Shown here: positions 17,157-26,159 of the stretch, piece by piece
Layout of the letters: every line of letters begins with the position of its first letter
Position numbering within the stretch: the first letter of the stretch is position 1
Origin: Nitrospira sp.
Lineage (GTDB): Bacteria; Nitrospirota; Nitrospiria; Nitrospirales; Nitrospiraceae
Assembly (NCBI GenBank): GCA_025360665.1
Contig: JANYBU010000288.1
Coordinates: 5,855 to 69,854, forward strand
Length of the DNA: 64,000 bases
Reading direction: 5' to 3'
Program-made: the position numbers and the translations under genes
Notes under the pieces: model-generated
What the model saw: the letters and a program-made list of their open reading frames with translations, nothing else
Database searches by the model: none
Told to the model about the DNA's origin: nothing

Positions 17157-18992
17157 ATGGACTTTGGACAACTCAGCACACAGATCGGCACACAACCAGT
17201 CGGTGGCGAACTGAAGGCCTCCGGTGGTGGAGGCCCGCTCGGAGTGCCTTCGCGCGCGCGCGAATTCTCAACTGTTTTTCATGCCGTCTCAGATAAGACC
17301 GGCGGCAGCAGGGGGGCGAAACCTCGTGCCCCTCAAGCTGAAGTCGATGACAGGCCAGCCACCGCAACGCCAGCTGTTCATCGCACCGCGTCGCATAAAG
17401 CCGACGACAACAGGGGAGGGAAGCCTCGTGATCCTCAAGCTAAGACTGATGACGGGCCATCCACCGCGACGCCAGCTGTTCATCGCACCGCGTCGCATAA
17501 GGCCGACGGCAGCACGGATGCGGAGTCTCGCGATCCTCAATCTAAGACTGATGGCGGGCCATCCACGACGATGTCTGATGTTTCCACCATCGCGTCGCAT
17601 GAGACATCCTCTAGCACGGACACAGAGTCTCGCGCCTCTCAGTCTGCGACCGGTGATACCCCATCTACGACAACGTCAGGTTCTGATCCCCTGCTGCTTT
17701 CGCTCCTTGGAGCCTCGATCGTGACGCCGGCATCCACGGTCGCTTCCACGCAGGAGGCTGGCAGTACGGACGTATCAACGAGCCAAGGCGAGGGGCTCTC
17801 AGGTATCTCCGGAACGCCGGCGATTCAGCCGATCGCTCAGCCAGCTGAGGGGGTCACAAGTGCGGTGAGTTCGGAGACCGGGTTCAGTGATCGTGCCGGT
17901 CGCAATACAACATCGGCCACGGGGGATGCTGTTGCCGCCTTATCTTCGCCGATGATTGAGAGTCAACCACTCTCTGCGGGAACCGATAGGATTACACCGG
18001 TTGTTGAGAAATCAGACAGCAGCCACCCTCTCACAGTCGGGCAGGTTCAGGAGGCTGAGAGCAGCGGTCCTCATCAGAAACTCTCGATCATGGCGCATTC
18101 GAAGGAGAGCCTGCCTCAGGCCCTGGTTCCATCAGGACAGGTCACTGCAAATGGACAAGACCCTGCTCAGCTGGCCACTACGGTGACGACTCAGCCGACT
18201 GACAAAAAGGGTGAGGGGGTTGCGGTACAGCCTGACCGGTCATTGGCGCAACAGATTCTGGGGAAGGCCGAGCCCTCGCTTCATCAAAGAAATATGCCTG
18301 CAGAATCCTCTGAGACTCAAAAAGTGGCAGCCTTGTCCGGTCACACGCAGACGGAAGGGCAGGGCTTCAACCAGGCGTCCGACGGTCAGAGGAAGGAAGA
18401 GGGCCTGAAGTGGTTCTCTCATGTCGACCTTCAATCGGCAGAGGCATCGTTGCGCCAGCCACAGGAATCGGTGGCCGAGCCACTCGACGCAGGTCGGCAG
18501 TCGCTCTCCTATCAACAGGGCCAAGGCGGCACACCGTCGAGCATCCAGTCCGTCCCCACGGCGACGGCTCCCCCGCCGTCTCAGGCGAACCGGCTCAGCC
18601 CGGATCCTGAGACCGCACCTGCTCCACTTACGCATAGCGTCCAGTTCGACTTGGCTCCGGCAGACTTCGGCCAACTTCGTGTGCGGGTCGTCCTGTCCGA
18701 CCAAACGGTCCATACGCATCTGTCGACCGACCGCGCCGAACTCGGCCAGATGCTCACGAGCCAGCAGGAGCAATTGAGCACGCAGTTGTCTGCCGCCGGG
18801 TTGGATTTAGGGCGTTTCCAAGTTCAGGTCGATCAGGGGAGAACGAACCAATCCGGGCAGGAGTGGCAGTCCCAGTCCCAGTCCCAGAGCGACACCTCCC
18901 AACAGCAGCGAGATTCTCGGCAGCAGGATGACTCTCCTGAGACTCCGGTTCCTTCGCAAAAGCGAACCGGCATGCTCAGCTTATTTGCATAA
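17157..18992 (+). CDS. fliK: Flagellar hook-length control protein FliK
   Basis: 611 aa, rich in Pro/Ser/Thr/Gln. C-terminal FliK_C-like region (FGQLRVRVVLSDQTVHTHLSTDRAELGQMLTSQQEQLSTQLSAAGLDL). It is located before flgD. Confidence 0.85.
   Translation: MDFGQLSTQIGTQPVGGELKASGGGGPLGVPSRAREFSTVFHAVSDKTGGSRGAKPRAPQAEVDDRPATATPAVHRTASHKADDNRGGKPRDPQAKTDDGPSTATPAVHRTASHKADGSTDAESRDPQSKTDGGPSTTMSDVSTIASHETSSSTDTESRASQSATGDTPSTTTSGSDPLLLSLLGASIVTPASTVASTQEAGSTDVSTSQGEGLSGISGTPAIQPIAQPAEGVTSAVSSETGFSDRAGRNTTSATGDAVAALSSPMIESQPLSAGTDRITPVVEKSDSSHPLTVGQVQEAESSGPHQKLSIMAHSKESLPQALVPSGQVTANGQDPAQLATTVTTQPTDKKGEGVAVQPDRSLAQQILGKAEPSLHQRNMPAESSETQKVAALSGHTQTEGQGFNQASDGQRKEEGLKWFSHVDLQSAEASLRQPQESVAEPLDAGRQSLSYQQGQGGTPSSIQSVPTATAPPPSQANRLSPDPETAPAPLTHSVQFDLAPADFGQLRVRVVLSDQTVHTHLSTDRAELGQMLTSQQEQLSTQLSAAGLDLGRFQVQVDQGRTNQSGQEWQSQSQSQSDTSQQQRDSRQQDDSPETPVPSQKRTGMLSLFA
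17322..17680 (+). repeat. About 3.5 in-frame tandem copies of a 102-nt (34-aa) unit inside fliK
   Basis: Units start at 17322, 17424, 17526 and 17628. Copies 1 and 2 share an identical core, acgccagctgttcatcgcaccgcgtcgcataa (TPAVHRTASHKAD). Copies 3 and 4 are progressively diverged. Confidence 0.9.
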
Positions 18993-19015
18993 CGTGTGAT
19001 TCAAGGAGACGCATT

Positions 19016-19687
19016 ATGAGCACTGTCAGTGATACGACATCGTCCACGGCCACGCTCGCATCCGCGGCCACGCCAGCACAGACAACGCTGAAACAAGCAG
19101 ATCTCGGCAAGACCGACTTTCTCAACCTGCTCGTGGCACAGTTGAAGAACCAGGACCCATTGAAGCCGATGGACAGCTCGTCATTCGTTGCGGAATTGGC
19201 CCAGTTCAGCCAACTCGAACAAAGCTCAAATCAAAGCGCGCTACTCCAGAAAGGCCTCGACGCGCAGAGCGCGAGTTTGCAGTATTCGTTGTTGCAATTG
19301 GTCGGACGAGACGTGAGCACCCAGGGCGCGGTGATTCAATTGGGTACCACGCCGGCGACGCTTGATTATAGTCTCGGCACAGATGCCGCGTCGGTCAGCC
19401 TGTCCATTCTGAATGCGTCGAACCAGGTCATCCGCGCGGGAACGCTCGGGCCGAAGGGAGCCGGTGCACAACAAGTAGTGTGGGATGGGCAAGATCAGAA
19501 TGGCACGACGATGCCGCCAGGGAACTATACGTATGCGATTAAGGCCCTTGATGCTCAGGGTCAGGCAGTGCCTGTGACGACGACGTCGAACCTGACGGTC
19601 ACCGGTATTCGAGTAGTAGGGGGACAGCCTCAGCTTGCAGCCGGCGATCAAACGATTGATCCCAGCTCCGTCATCGAATTTCACTGA
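19016..19687 (+). CDS. flgD: Hook capping/assembly protein FlgD
   Basis: 223 aa. FLNLLVAQLKNQDPLKPMDSSSFVAELAQFSQLEQ (FlgD N domain) plus a C-terminal Ig-like segment (VWDGQDQNGTTMPPGNYTYAIKA). Confidence 0.95.
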   Translation: MSTVSDTTSSTATLASAATPAQTTLKQADLGKTDFLNLLVAQLKNQDPLKPMDSSSFVAELAQFSQLEQSSNQSALLQKGLDAQSASLQYSLLQLVGRDVSTQGAVIQLGTTPATLDYSLGTDAASVSLSILNASNQVIRAGTLGPKGAGAQQVVWDGQDQNGTTMPPGNYTYAIKALDAQGQAVPVTTTSNLTVTGIRVVGGQPQLAAGDQTIDPSSVIEFH

Positions 19688-19746
19688 GACGACAGGGACA
19701 AGACGGCATCATTATTGTCACAGGGTTCAAAAGGAGGTATTAGGTC

Positions 19747-21483
19747 ATGGGTATTATGTCCTCGTTATTTGCCGGTGTGAGCGGTCTCAACGCCAATGGC
19801 ACCGCCCTATCGGTGATTGGGAACAATATTGCCAATATGTCCACGGTGGGGTTCAAGTCCAGCAAAGCGAGCTTCGCCGATCTGATCAGTTCCTCTATTT
19901 CAGGCGGATCCGGCGCTGTCCAGACGGGAATCGGCGTGGCGCTGACCTCAGTGGAAGGCAACTTCTCACAAGGTTCCTTGGCGACCTCGTCGAACGTCCT
20001 CGATATGGCAATTGACGGTAACGGATTCTTCGTGGTGAAAGATGCCCAGGGAGGAACCTTTTACAGCCGAGCAGGGTCGTTCCGGTTGGACAAGAATAAC
20101 AATGTCGTCGATCCCAGTGGTTTCGAGTTGCAAGGATTTCTCGCTGACACCAACGGGACGATTACCGGGTCGATCGGCAATGTGGCCCTTCCCTCCACCA
20201 CCGCATCGCCCAAAGCGACGGACCAGGCGTTTCTTGCCGCAAACTTGAACTCGGCGACGGCGGTCACGGGGGTGAAAGGAGCTCTCGTCGGCTCCGCAAC
20301 GTCCGCCACGACCTCCGCAGCCGGCAATCTTTCGTTTAACATTAATCTGAACGGCGACGGCGTTCAGACCGTGACCGTGGCTGCCGGTTCGACCGGTGCG
20401 GCCTTAGCCGCGCTGATTCAGAACGCCGTGCGGGGCTTGACGCCTGCCGATCCGTTCCTCACCGCAGCCTATTCGGGCTTCACCGCCTCGGTCAATGCGT
20501 CAGGGACCTTCACCTTCACTTCAGGACTCGCCGGAAAGACAGATAATAGTACCACGGGCATCGGAACAGTCGTCATCGCTGCCAACGGCGCCGACACCTT
20601 GGCCGCGAACCTTAATATGCTAGCCGGTACCTCCACGACTGGCACGGACTTCGCCATATCCAATCCGACTGGGACCTCGGACTTCTCTACCTCCATGACC
20701 GTGTATGATTCCCTTGGGAATGGCCACCTCCTGACGACGTACTTTACCAATGTCGGGCGCAATACCTGGAACTATAATGTGACGGCGAACAGCAACGATG
20801 TGGTGACGGCCAACTATAATGCAGCCAACATGGATGCCACGCTCGGGATCACCAGGGTCGGGGCGGGGACCCTGACTTTTGGGACGAATGGCACGTTGGA
20901 CCGGGAGAGTGTGGCCCTCCGGTTCAATAACAATACGGCTGCTGGTGCAGCCGGGGCGGTGCCTGGACAGCTCCAGGTCGACTTTAACGGAGCGACGGCG
21001 AATCAGCTGATCACGTATAACTTTGGCACCAGCGTAACGACGGAAGGCGGGAATGGACTGGATGGCACGACCCAGTTTGGCTCCCAATCGGCGGTGGTCC
21101 AACTGACTCAAGATGGCTATGCGGCCGGCTCCCTCCAGGCCTTCTCGGTTGATGGGAACGGCATCATCAATGGACGATTTTCCAATGGCCAGCTGAGGGC
21201 GTTGGCCCAGGTCGTGTTGGCACGATTTCCTGACCCGCTTGGATTGACCAGAACCGGTAACAATACGTTTGCGCAGTCCGGTAACTCAGGGCAACCGGTG
21301 ACGGGCGTGCCGGAGAATGCGGGATTGGGGAAATTAAAATCCAACACGCTGGAACTGTCCAATGTCGACTTGGGCGAAAGTTTTATTGACATGATCGCAG
21401 CCCAACGAGGTTTCCAAGCCAACTCCCGCGTCATCACGACAGCAGACGAGATTCTCCAAGAGCTCGTCAACCTCAAACGGTAG
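19747..21483 (+). CDS. flgE: Flagellar hook protein FlgE
   Basis: 578 aa. N-terminal MSSLFAGVSGLNANGTALSVIGNNIANMSTVGFK, C-terminal LELSNVDLGESFIDMIAAQRGFQANSRVITTADEILQELVNLKR, and a large central insert. Confidence 0.95.
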   Translation: MGIMSSLFAGVSGLNANGTALSVIGNNIANMSTVGFKSSKASFADLISSSISGGSGAVQTGIGVALTSVEGNFSQGSLATSSNVLDMAIDGNGFFVVKDAQGGTFYSRAGSFRLDKNNNVVDPSGFELQGFLADTNGTITGSIGNVALPSTTASPKATDQAFLAANLNSATAVTGVKGALVGSATSATTSAAGNLSFNINLNGDGVQTVTVAAGSTGAALAALIQNAVRGLTPADPFLTAAYSGFTASVNASGTFTFTSGLAGKTDNSTTGIGTVVIAANGADTLAANLNMLAGTSTTGTDFAISNPTGTSDFSTSMTVYDSLGNGHLLTTYFTNVGRNTWNYNVTANSNDVVTANYNAANMDATLGITRVGAGTLTFGTNGTLDRESVALRFNNNTAAGAAGAVPGQLQVDFNGATANQLITYNFGTSVTTEGGNGLDGTTQFGSQSAVVQLTQDGYAAGSLQAFSVDGNGIINGRFSNGQLRALAQVVLARFPDPLGLTRTGNNTFAQSGNSGQPVTGVPENAGLGKLKSNTLELSNVDLGESFIDMIAAQRGFQANSRVITTADEILQELVNLKR

Positions 21484-21737
21484 ACCCCAGCTATGGGTGG
21501 GTCATGCGCCGCCGCGCGCGTGACCCAGCTCATGGGGCCATCCCGTTCCCCACAAGACAATACCTTCGTCATGACTCTGTCTCCTGGCCAGTGGTCCCGC
21601 GTCAGGATATTGACAACGTCAATCGTCTGGCAGCCTGTCGTATCTCCCCGCGTGCTTCGTTTGCCCTGTCACGAGGAATCACCGCATCTGGTACAGCGTT
21701 TCTCGCATGGCGCGCATGATGCCGTGCGAGATTCTTG

Positions 21738-21753
21738 TGGCATACGCATTGCA
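21738..21753 (+). promoter_or_regulatory. Sigma54 promoter upstream of fliL (TGGCAT-N5-TTGCA)
   Basis: TGGCATacgcaTTGCA has exact spacing. It is about 43 nt upstream of ATG 21795, inside the 311-nt flgE-fliL spacer. Confidence 0.75.
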
Positions 21754-21794
21754 AACTCCCCGTTCCTGTCATCGTTCGACTGGAGGAGGATCTT

Positions 21795-22367
21795 ATGGCA
21801 GATGCAGCAGCAGCCGCCGAAGCTGACAAAGCATCGGTATCCGGCCCGATCGGGATTTCCATGAAAATGGTTATCGTCATTGGAGTGGCCGCACTCGTAC
21901 TTGGTCTTGGGGGGGCCTTCGCGCTTTTCAAGCTCATGGCAGGAGGGCATGGGGGCGAGGAGGCGAAAACAGAGGCCAGCCCGGCGAAAGCGGAGAGTCA
22001 TGGCGAAGCTGAACACAAACCCGCTGCAGCCGAGACGAAACAGGGAGCAGCAAAGGTCCCAGGCCCGGGGGTGATATTCGATGTAGAGCCCTTCATCGTC
22101 AACTTGGCCGATGCCCAGGAAGTCCGATATCTCAAACTGACTGTGAAGCTGGAGTTGGATAGTCATGAGGCGCCGGATGAACTGGCTAATCGAATCCCCC
22201 AGATACGCGACACGATTCTCGTGCTCTTGACCAGTAAGGACTCCGCGTCGATCCGAACCACCCAGGGGAAGTTCCAGTTGCGCGACGAAATTACGCAACG
22301 GGTCAACAGCCTGCTCCCCAAGCCGGCGGTCCACACGGTGTATTTCACTGAATTCGTCGTGCAATAG
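21795..22367 (+). CDS. fliL: Flagellar basal-body-associated protein FliL
   Basis: 190 aa from ATG 21795 (GGAGGAGG RBS). One TM segment (MVIVIGVAALVLGLGGAFALF), then VIFDVEPFIVNLAD...RYLKLTVKLELD, typical of FliL. The track start 21735 would overlap the promoter. Confidence 0.9.
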   Translation: MADAAAAAEADKASVSGPIGISMKMVIVIGVAALVLGLGGAFALFKLMAGGHGGEEAKTEASPAKAESHGEAEHKPAAAETKQGAAKVPGPGVIFDVEPFIVNLADAQEVRYLKLTVKLELDSHEAPDELANRIPQIRDTILVLLTSKDSASIRTTQGKFQLRDEITQRVNSLLPKPAVHTVYFTEFVVQ

Positions 22368-22387
22368 CCAAGAGGAGGATTCGTCAT

Positions 22388-23362
22388 ATGGAAAAAATCC
22401 TCTCCCAAGACGAAATCGATGCGCTCCTAAAGGGTGTAGTGTCCGGCGAGGTTGAAGCAACACCGCAGGGCGCAGCGGCCGCCGCGACGGGGGCCAAGCA
22501 GTTCGATTTGTTCAATCAAGAACGGATTATTCGCGGGCGTATGCCGACGCTCGAGCTGATCAACGATCGCTTCATTCGTCGCCAAGCGGTTTCGTGGGGG
22601 ACAGCGCTTCATGACACCATCGAATTTGTCGTCGTCGGCACACAAATCACCAAATTCGGCGAATTCCTCAAGAAAGTCCCCATGCCGTCCTCGATGAACG
22701 TGTTTCATATGGAACCGCTCCGCAGCAACGGGCTTTTCGTGATGGACGCGTTTCTTGTCTATCTGATTGTGGATTACTTTTTCGGAGGCAAAGGGCAGAC
22801 GCACGTCAAACCGGAAGGTCGCGATTTCACTCCCATTCAGTTGCGCGTCATCAAGAAGCTGGTTGAGCAAGCCTTCCTCGATCTCGAAAAAGCCTGGGAG
22901 GCACTGATGCCGGTCAAGATCCAGCATGTGCGCTCGGAAAGTAATCCCCAATTTGCGATGGTGGTTTCCACATCCGAGATCGTCGCTGTCGTGACCCTGC
23001 AAGTTCTGATCGGCGAAACTGCGCGCGATCTGTTTATCGTCTATCCCTACTCCATGCTCGAACCCATCAAAGAAAAACTCTATTCAGGGCTGGTCTCCGA
23101 TCATGTCGAGCAAGACGGAGGGTGGGCGGGCCGGTTTCGCGAGAGATTGCAAGACTGCCCGCTCAATATCACCGTTCGGCTCGGCACGGTCTCCGTCAAG
23201 GTGCGAGACGTTTTAAACTTTACGCCGGGGGACGTTATTGTGCTGGATCAACGGCCGGGCGATCCACTGGATTGTTATGTCGAGGGATACCTGAAGTTTC
23301 AAGGCAGTCCGGGTGTGTTCAAGGGCAACCATGCCTGTCGTGTGGCAAAGGTCATAACGTAA
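22388..23362 (+). CDS. fliM: Flagellar motor switch protein FliM
   Basis: 324 aa. N-terminal LSQDEIDALL (CheY-P binding-type motif) and a conserved FliM middle domain. Confidence 0.95.
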   Translation: MEKILSQDEIDALLKGVVSGEVEATPQGAAAAATGAKQFDLFNQERIIRGRMPTLELINDRFIRRQAVSWGTALHDTIEFVVVGTQITKFGEFLKKVPMPSSMNVFHMEPLRSNGLFVMDAFLVYLIVDYFFGGKGQTHVKPEGRDFTPIQLRVIKKLVEQAFLDLEKAWEALMPVKIQHVRSESNPQFAMVVSTSEIVAVVTLQVLIGETARDLFIVYPYSMLEPIKEKLYSGLVSDHVEQDGGWAGRFRERLQDCPLNITVRLGTVSVKVRDVLNFTPGDVIVLDQRPGDPLDCYVEGYLKFQGSPGVFKGNHACRVAKVIT

Positions 23363-23385
23363 GCGAGCCCTGTCGCTGAGGAGAA

Positions 23386-23748
23386 TTGTCTATGGCAGAC
23401 ATCGAAGTTACGAAGCCCGAATCGAGCGCGTCCCCCCTTCCGGCGGCGTCGTTTCCGTCTGTCGATAATGGGGGAGCAGTGCCGGCTCAAAAAAACCTGG
23501 ATTTCATCCTCGATATTCCCATGCAGGTGACCGTGCAGGTGGGGTCAACCAAGATGGCGATTCGTGATCTGCTTCAGCTCGGACAAGGGTCCGTGGTCGA
23601 ACTGGAAAAGCTTGCGGGCGAGGCGATGGAAGTGTTGGTCAATAACAAGCTGGTTGCGCGAGGCGAAGTGGTGGTAGTGAACGAGAAATACGGCATCCGG
23701 CTGACCGATGTCATCAGTACGGTCGAGCGGGTTCAGCAACTCGGATAG
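23386..23748 (+). CDS. fliN: Flagellar motor switch protein FliN
   Basis: 120 aa. The SpoA-type domain reads LDFILDIPMQVTVQVGSTKMAIRDLLQLGQGSVVELEKLAGEAMEVLVNNKLVARGEVVVVNEKYGIRLTDV. Confidence 0.95.
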   Translation: MSMADIEVTKPESSASPLPAASFPSVDNGGAVPAQKNLDFILDIPMQVTVQVGSTKMAIRDLLQLGQGSVVELEKLAGEAMEVLVNNKLVARGEVVVVNEKYGIRLTDVISTVERVQQLG

Positions 23749-23770
23749 GAAGAGGGGGGACGAAGACGGC

Positions 23771-24175
23771 ATGGTCGATTTTTGGGACAGTTTCTTGCGG
23801 ATGGCTTCCGCCCTCGCCCTTGTCCTGGCTCTTATCGCCGGGCTGGTCGCTCTGGTTCGCCGGTTTGCGGGCACCCGCTTGTTTGCCGGCACTCGCTTGT
23901 TTGCGCCTGTGACCACACCAATCGTCCAGGTGCTCGGCAGCGGCTACATTGGCCCGCGCAAAACGATCTCGCTCGTATCAGTGGCCGGAGAGTTCCTGAT
24001 TGTCGGCGCGACCTCGACTGACCTGGTCTCATTTGGGCGGATCACCGATCAGGAGCAGGTCCGGCAATTGTTATCGAAGGGGGCTTCCGGCACGTCAATG
24101 GTCTCTCCAGGGCTTTCATCGGGCCTTCCAGCCCAGGCGTCTACAGAGATGAAAGGCGGCCATGCCACTGCGTGA
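23771..24175 (+). CDS. fliO: Flagellar export apparatus protein FliO
   Basis: About 134 aa from ATG 23771. A single TM segment ([19 protein letters not shown]), then [21 protein letters not shown], typical of FliO. It sits between fliN and fliP. Confidence 0.75.
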   Translation: MVDFWDSFLRMASALALVLALIAGLVALVRRFAGTRLFAGTRLFAPVTTPIVQVLGSGYIGPRKTISLVSVAGEFLIVGATSTDLVSFGRITDQEQVRQLLSKGASGTSMVSPGLSSGLPAQASTEMKGGHATA

Positions 24176-24968
24176 TCGTTGGCTGACGGTACCGGCTCTT
24201 TCTCCTCGACGCCGGCATGAGTACCGGACGCGTGTACTTTTCGGCGCACTGATGGTGTGTTTGTGTCTTGGCCTCGCACACGATGCCGCGGGCGGGACCA
24301 ACCCGTCTGTCACCATCGATTTGGGACAAACCGGTCCGAAGCAAACCGCTGTTGTTTTTCAAATCCTCGCGCTGTTAACGGTGCTCTCGCTCGCGCCGGC
24401 GTTCTTTATCATGGTCACGTCCTTTACCAGAATCGTTATCGTGCTCTCATTCCTCCGCCAGGCGTTGGGGACGCAGCAAGTGCCCCCGAACCAAGTCCTG
24501 ATCAGTTTGGCCTTGTTCCTCACAGTCTTCGTCATGGCTCCGGTAGGGCAGACAGTGTATAGCCAGGCGGTCGGGCCGCTGCTTGCCGAACAGATTTCCT
24601 ATGAGGAGGCTTGGGGAAAAGGCATTCAGCCGATTCGCGCCTTCATGCTGAGACAGGTCCGCGATAAGGATCTGGAGCTCTTCATCGATCTCAGCAAGAT
24701 TCCGAAGCCGGAAACGGTCGATCAGGTGCCCATTCATGTGGTGATTCCTGCCTTTATTTTGAGCGAATTGAGGGTCTCGTTTCAAATCGGGTTCTTGATT
24801 TACATTCCGTTTCTGATCATCGACATGGTGGTGGCCAGCATTCTGATGGCCATGGGCATGATGATGCTGCCGCCGGTCATGATATCCCTCCCGTTCAAAC
24901 TCATTCTCTTTGTGCTGGCCGACGGGTGGTATCTGATCGTCGGGTCACTGGTGAGAAGCTTTCAATGA
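24162..24968 (+). CDS. fliP: Flagellar export gate protein FliP
   Basis: 268 aa. Conserved [36 protein letters not shown] and [29 protein letters not shown]. Confidence 0.95.
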   Translation: MPLRDRWLTVPALSPRRRHEYRTRVLFGALMVCLCLGLAHDAAGGTNPSVTIDLGQTGPKQTAVVFQILALLTVLSLAPAFFIMVTSFTRIVIVLSFLRQALGTQQVPPNQVLISLALFLTVFVMAPVGQTVYSQAVGPLLAEQISYEEAWGKGIQPIRAFMLRQVRDKDLELFIDLSKIPKPETVDQVPIHVVIPAFILSELRVSFQIGFLIYIPFLIIDMVVASILMAMGMMMLPPVMISLPFKLILFVLADGWYLIVGSLVRSFQ

Positions 24969-25080
24969 GCAAGCGAGAGGTGGGAGATCAGAGGCAAGGT
25001 GGTGTGCGCTTCGAGGATGTTCCCAGCGTCTCAAGCCACGAGTCTCGAGCCTTAAGCGAGATTCGAGAGGAGCGAGCGAG

Positions 25081-25350
25081 ATGACTCCTGAGATGGTGAC
25101 AGAGCTAGGCCGTCAGGCGTTAGAAACCACGCTTCTCGTGTCCGCGCCCATTCTGGGCCTTAGTTTGGTCGTCGGACTTGCGGTCAGTATCCTGCAGGCC
25201 ATGACGCAACTGAACGAAGCTACCCTGACGTTTGTCCCCAAGGTGCTGGCCGTGTTCGCCGCTATCGTCGTGTTCATGCCATGGATGTTGGGCGTGTTGA
25301 CGTCGTTCATGACGCAGATATTCAGCAGTATTCCAAACTACGTGCACTGA
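25081..25350 (+). CDS. fliQ: Flagellar export gate protein FliQ
   Basis: 89 aa with two TM segments. AILQAMTQLNEATLTFVPK matches the FliQ signature. Confidence 0.95.
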   Translation: MTPEMVTELGRQALETTLLVSAPILGLSLVVGLAVSILQAMTQLNEATLTFVPKVLAVFAAIVVFMPWMLGVLTSFMTQIFSSIPNYVH

Positions 25351-25370
25351 CGCAGGCCATCAAGAGAGCC

Positions 25371-26159
25371 ATGAACTTTACGCAACCGCTGCATATTCTA
25401 CTGCCTGAGTTTCAGTCCTTCCTCGTCGTGGCTTCCCGTACCGGAGGGATCGTGGCGGCCATTCCTATGTTAAGCGGACGCACCGTTCCCCCTCGGGTCA
25501 AAGTGGCACTCGTGCTTATGCTGGCCCTCGTGTTGGCCCCGGCGATTCAACTCCCTCCGACTCCACCGGACGCCGCTGCCATGACGGCGGGTCTTGCGAG
25601 TGAATTGTTGATTGGCTTCGTGATCGGTATGGCCGTCCGATTACTCTTTTCAGCGCTCGAGGTTGCCGGAGAACTTGCCGGAAGCCAGATGGGGTTCAGC
25701 ATCGTCCAATTATTGGATCCGATGACGTCAGTATCGACGCCGATGGTCGGGCAATTGTTTACCGTCATCGGGTCGTTGGTCTTCCTCTCGCTGAATGCCC
25801 ACATGATGGTTGTGGCCGCCATTGTGTCCAGCTACGAGTCCATTCCGCCGTTCGGCGCGACCCTTTCGCCTGCCGTCGGGGAGGAAGTGCTGCATCTGTC
25901 GCAACATATGTTTGTGGTGGCGGTGAAGCTGGCGGGACCGGTTCTCGTGGCCGTAGCCCTCATTAATATTTTACTGGCCATGTTGGGGCGAGCCGTCACG
26001 CAGATCAATATCTTCGTGCTCAGTTTTCCTCTGACCATCGCTGCCGGGTTACTGGTCTTGGGCTTGGCCTTGCCCTTCATGGTCTCGCTGTTCGAACGGG
26101 AATTCATCGGATTGCACGAGACGATCGACGGGCTCTTGAGGGTCTTGGGGCATGGCTGA
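25371..26159 (+). CDS. fliR: Flagellar export gate protein FliR
   Basis: About 262 aa from ATG 25371, polytopic. AGELAGSQMGFSIVQLLDP is typical of FliR. Confidence 0.9.
   Translation: MNFTQPLHILLPEFQSFLVVASRTGGIVAAIPMLSGRTVPPRVKVALVLMLALVLAPAIQLPPTPPDAAAMTAGLASELLIGFVIGMAVRLLFSALEVAGELAGSQMGFSIVQLLDPMTSVSTPMVGQLFTVIGSLVFLSLNAHMMVVAAIVSSYESIPPFGATLSPAVGEEVLHLSQHMFVVAVKLAGPVLVAVALINILLAMLGRAVTQINIFVLSFPLTIAAGLLVLGLALPFMVSLFEREFIGLHETIDGLLRVLGHG

Noticed and set aside
17322-17680. Possible CRISPR-like array (regularly spaced repeats)
   Set aside because: The repeats are directly tandem with no unique spacers. They are 102 nt long, in frame and inside a coding gene.
17224-17724. 166-aa alternative-frame ORF and 17289-17600 antisense ORF in the fliK repeat region
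   Set aside because: These open frames are a by-product of the 102-nt tandem repeat, which lacks stops in several frames. The FliK frame is supported by its C-terminal domain and by context.
23864-23899. 18-nt tandem duplication in fliO ([12 protein letters not shown])
   Set aside because: It is a real in-frame microduplication just after the TM segment, but it lies in a poorly conserved linker. It is most simply a neutral slippage event.
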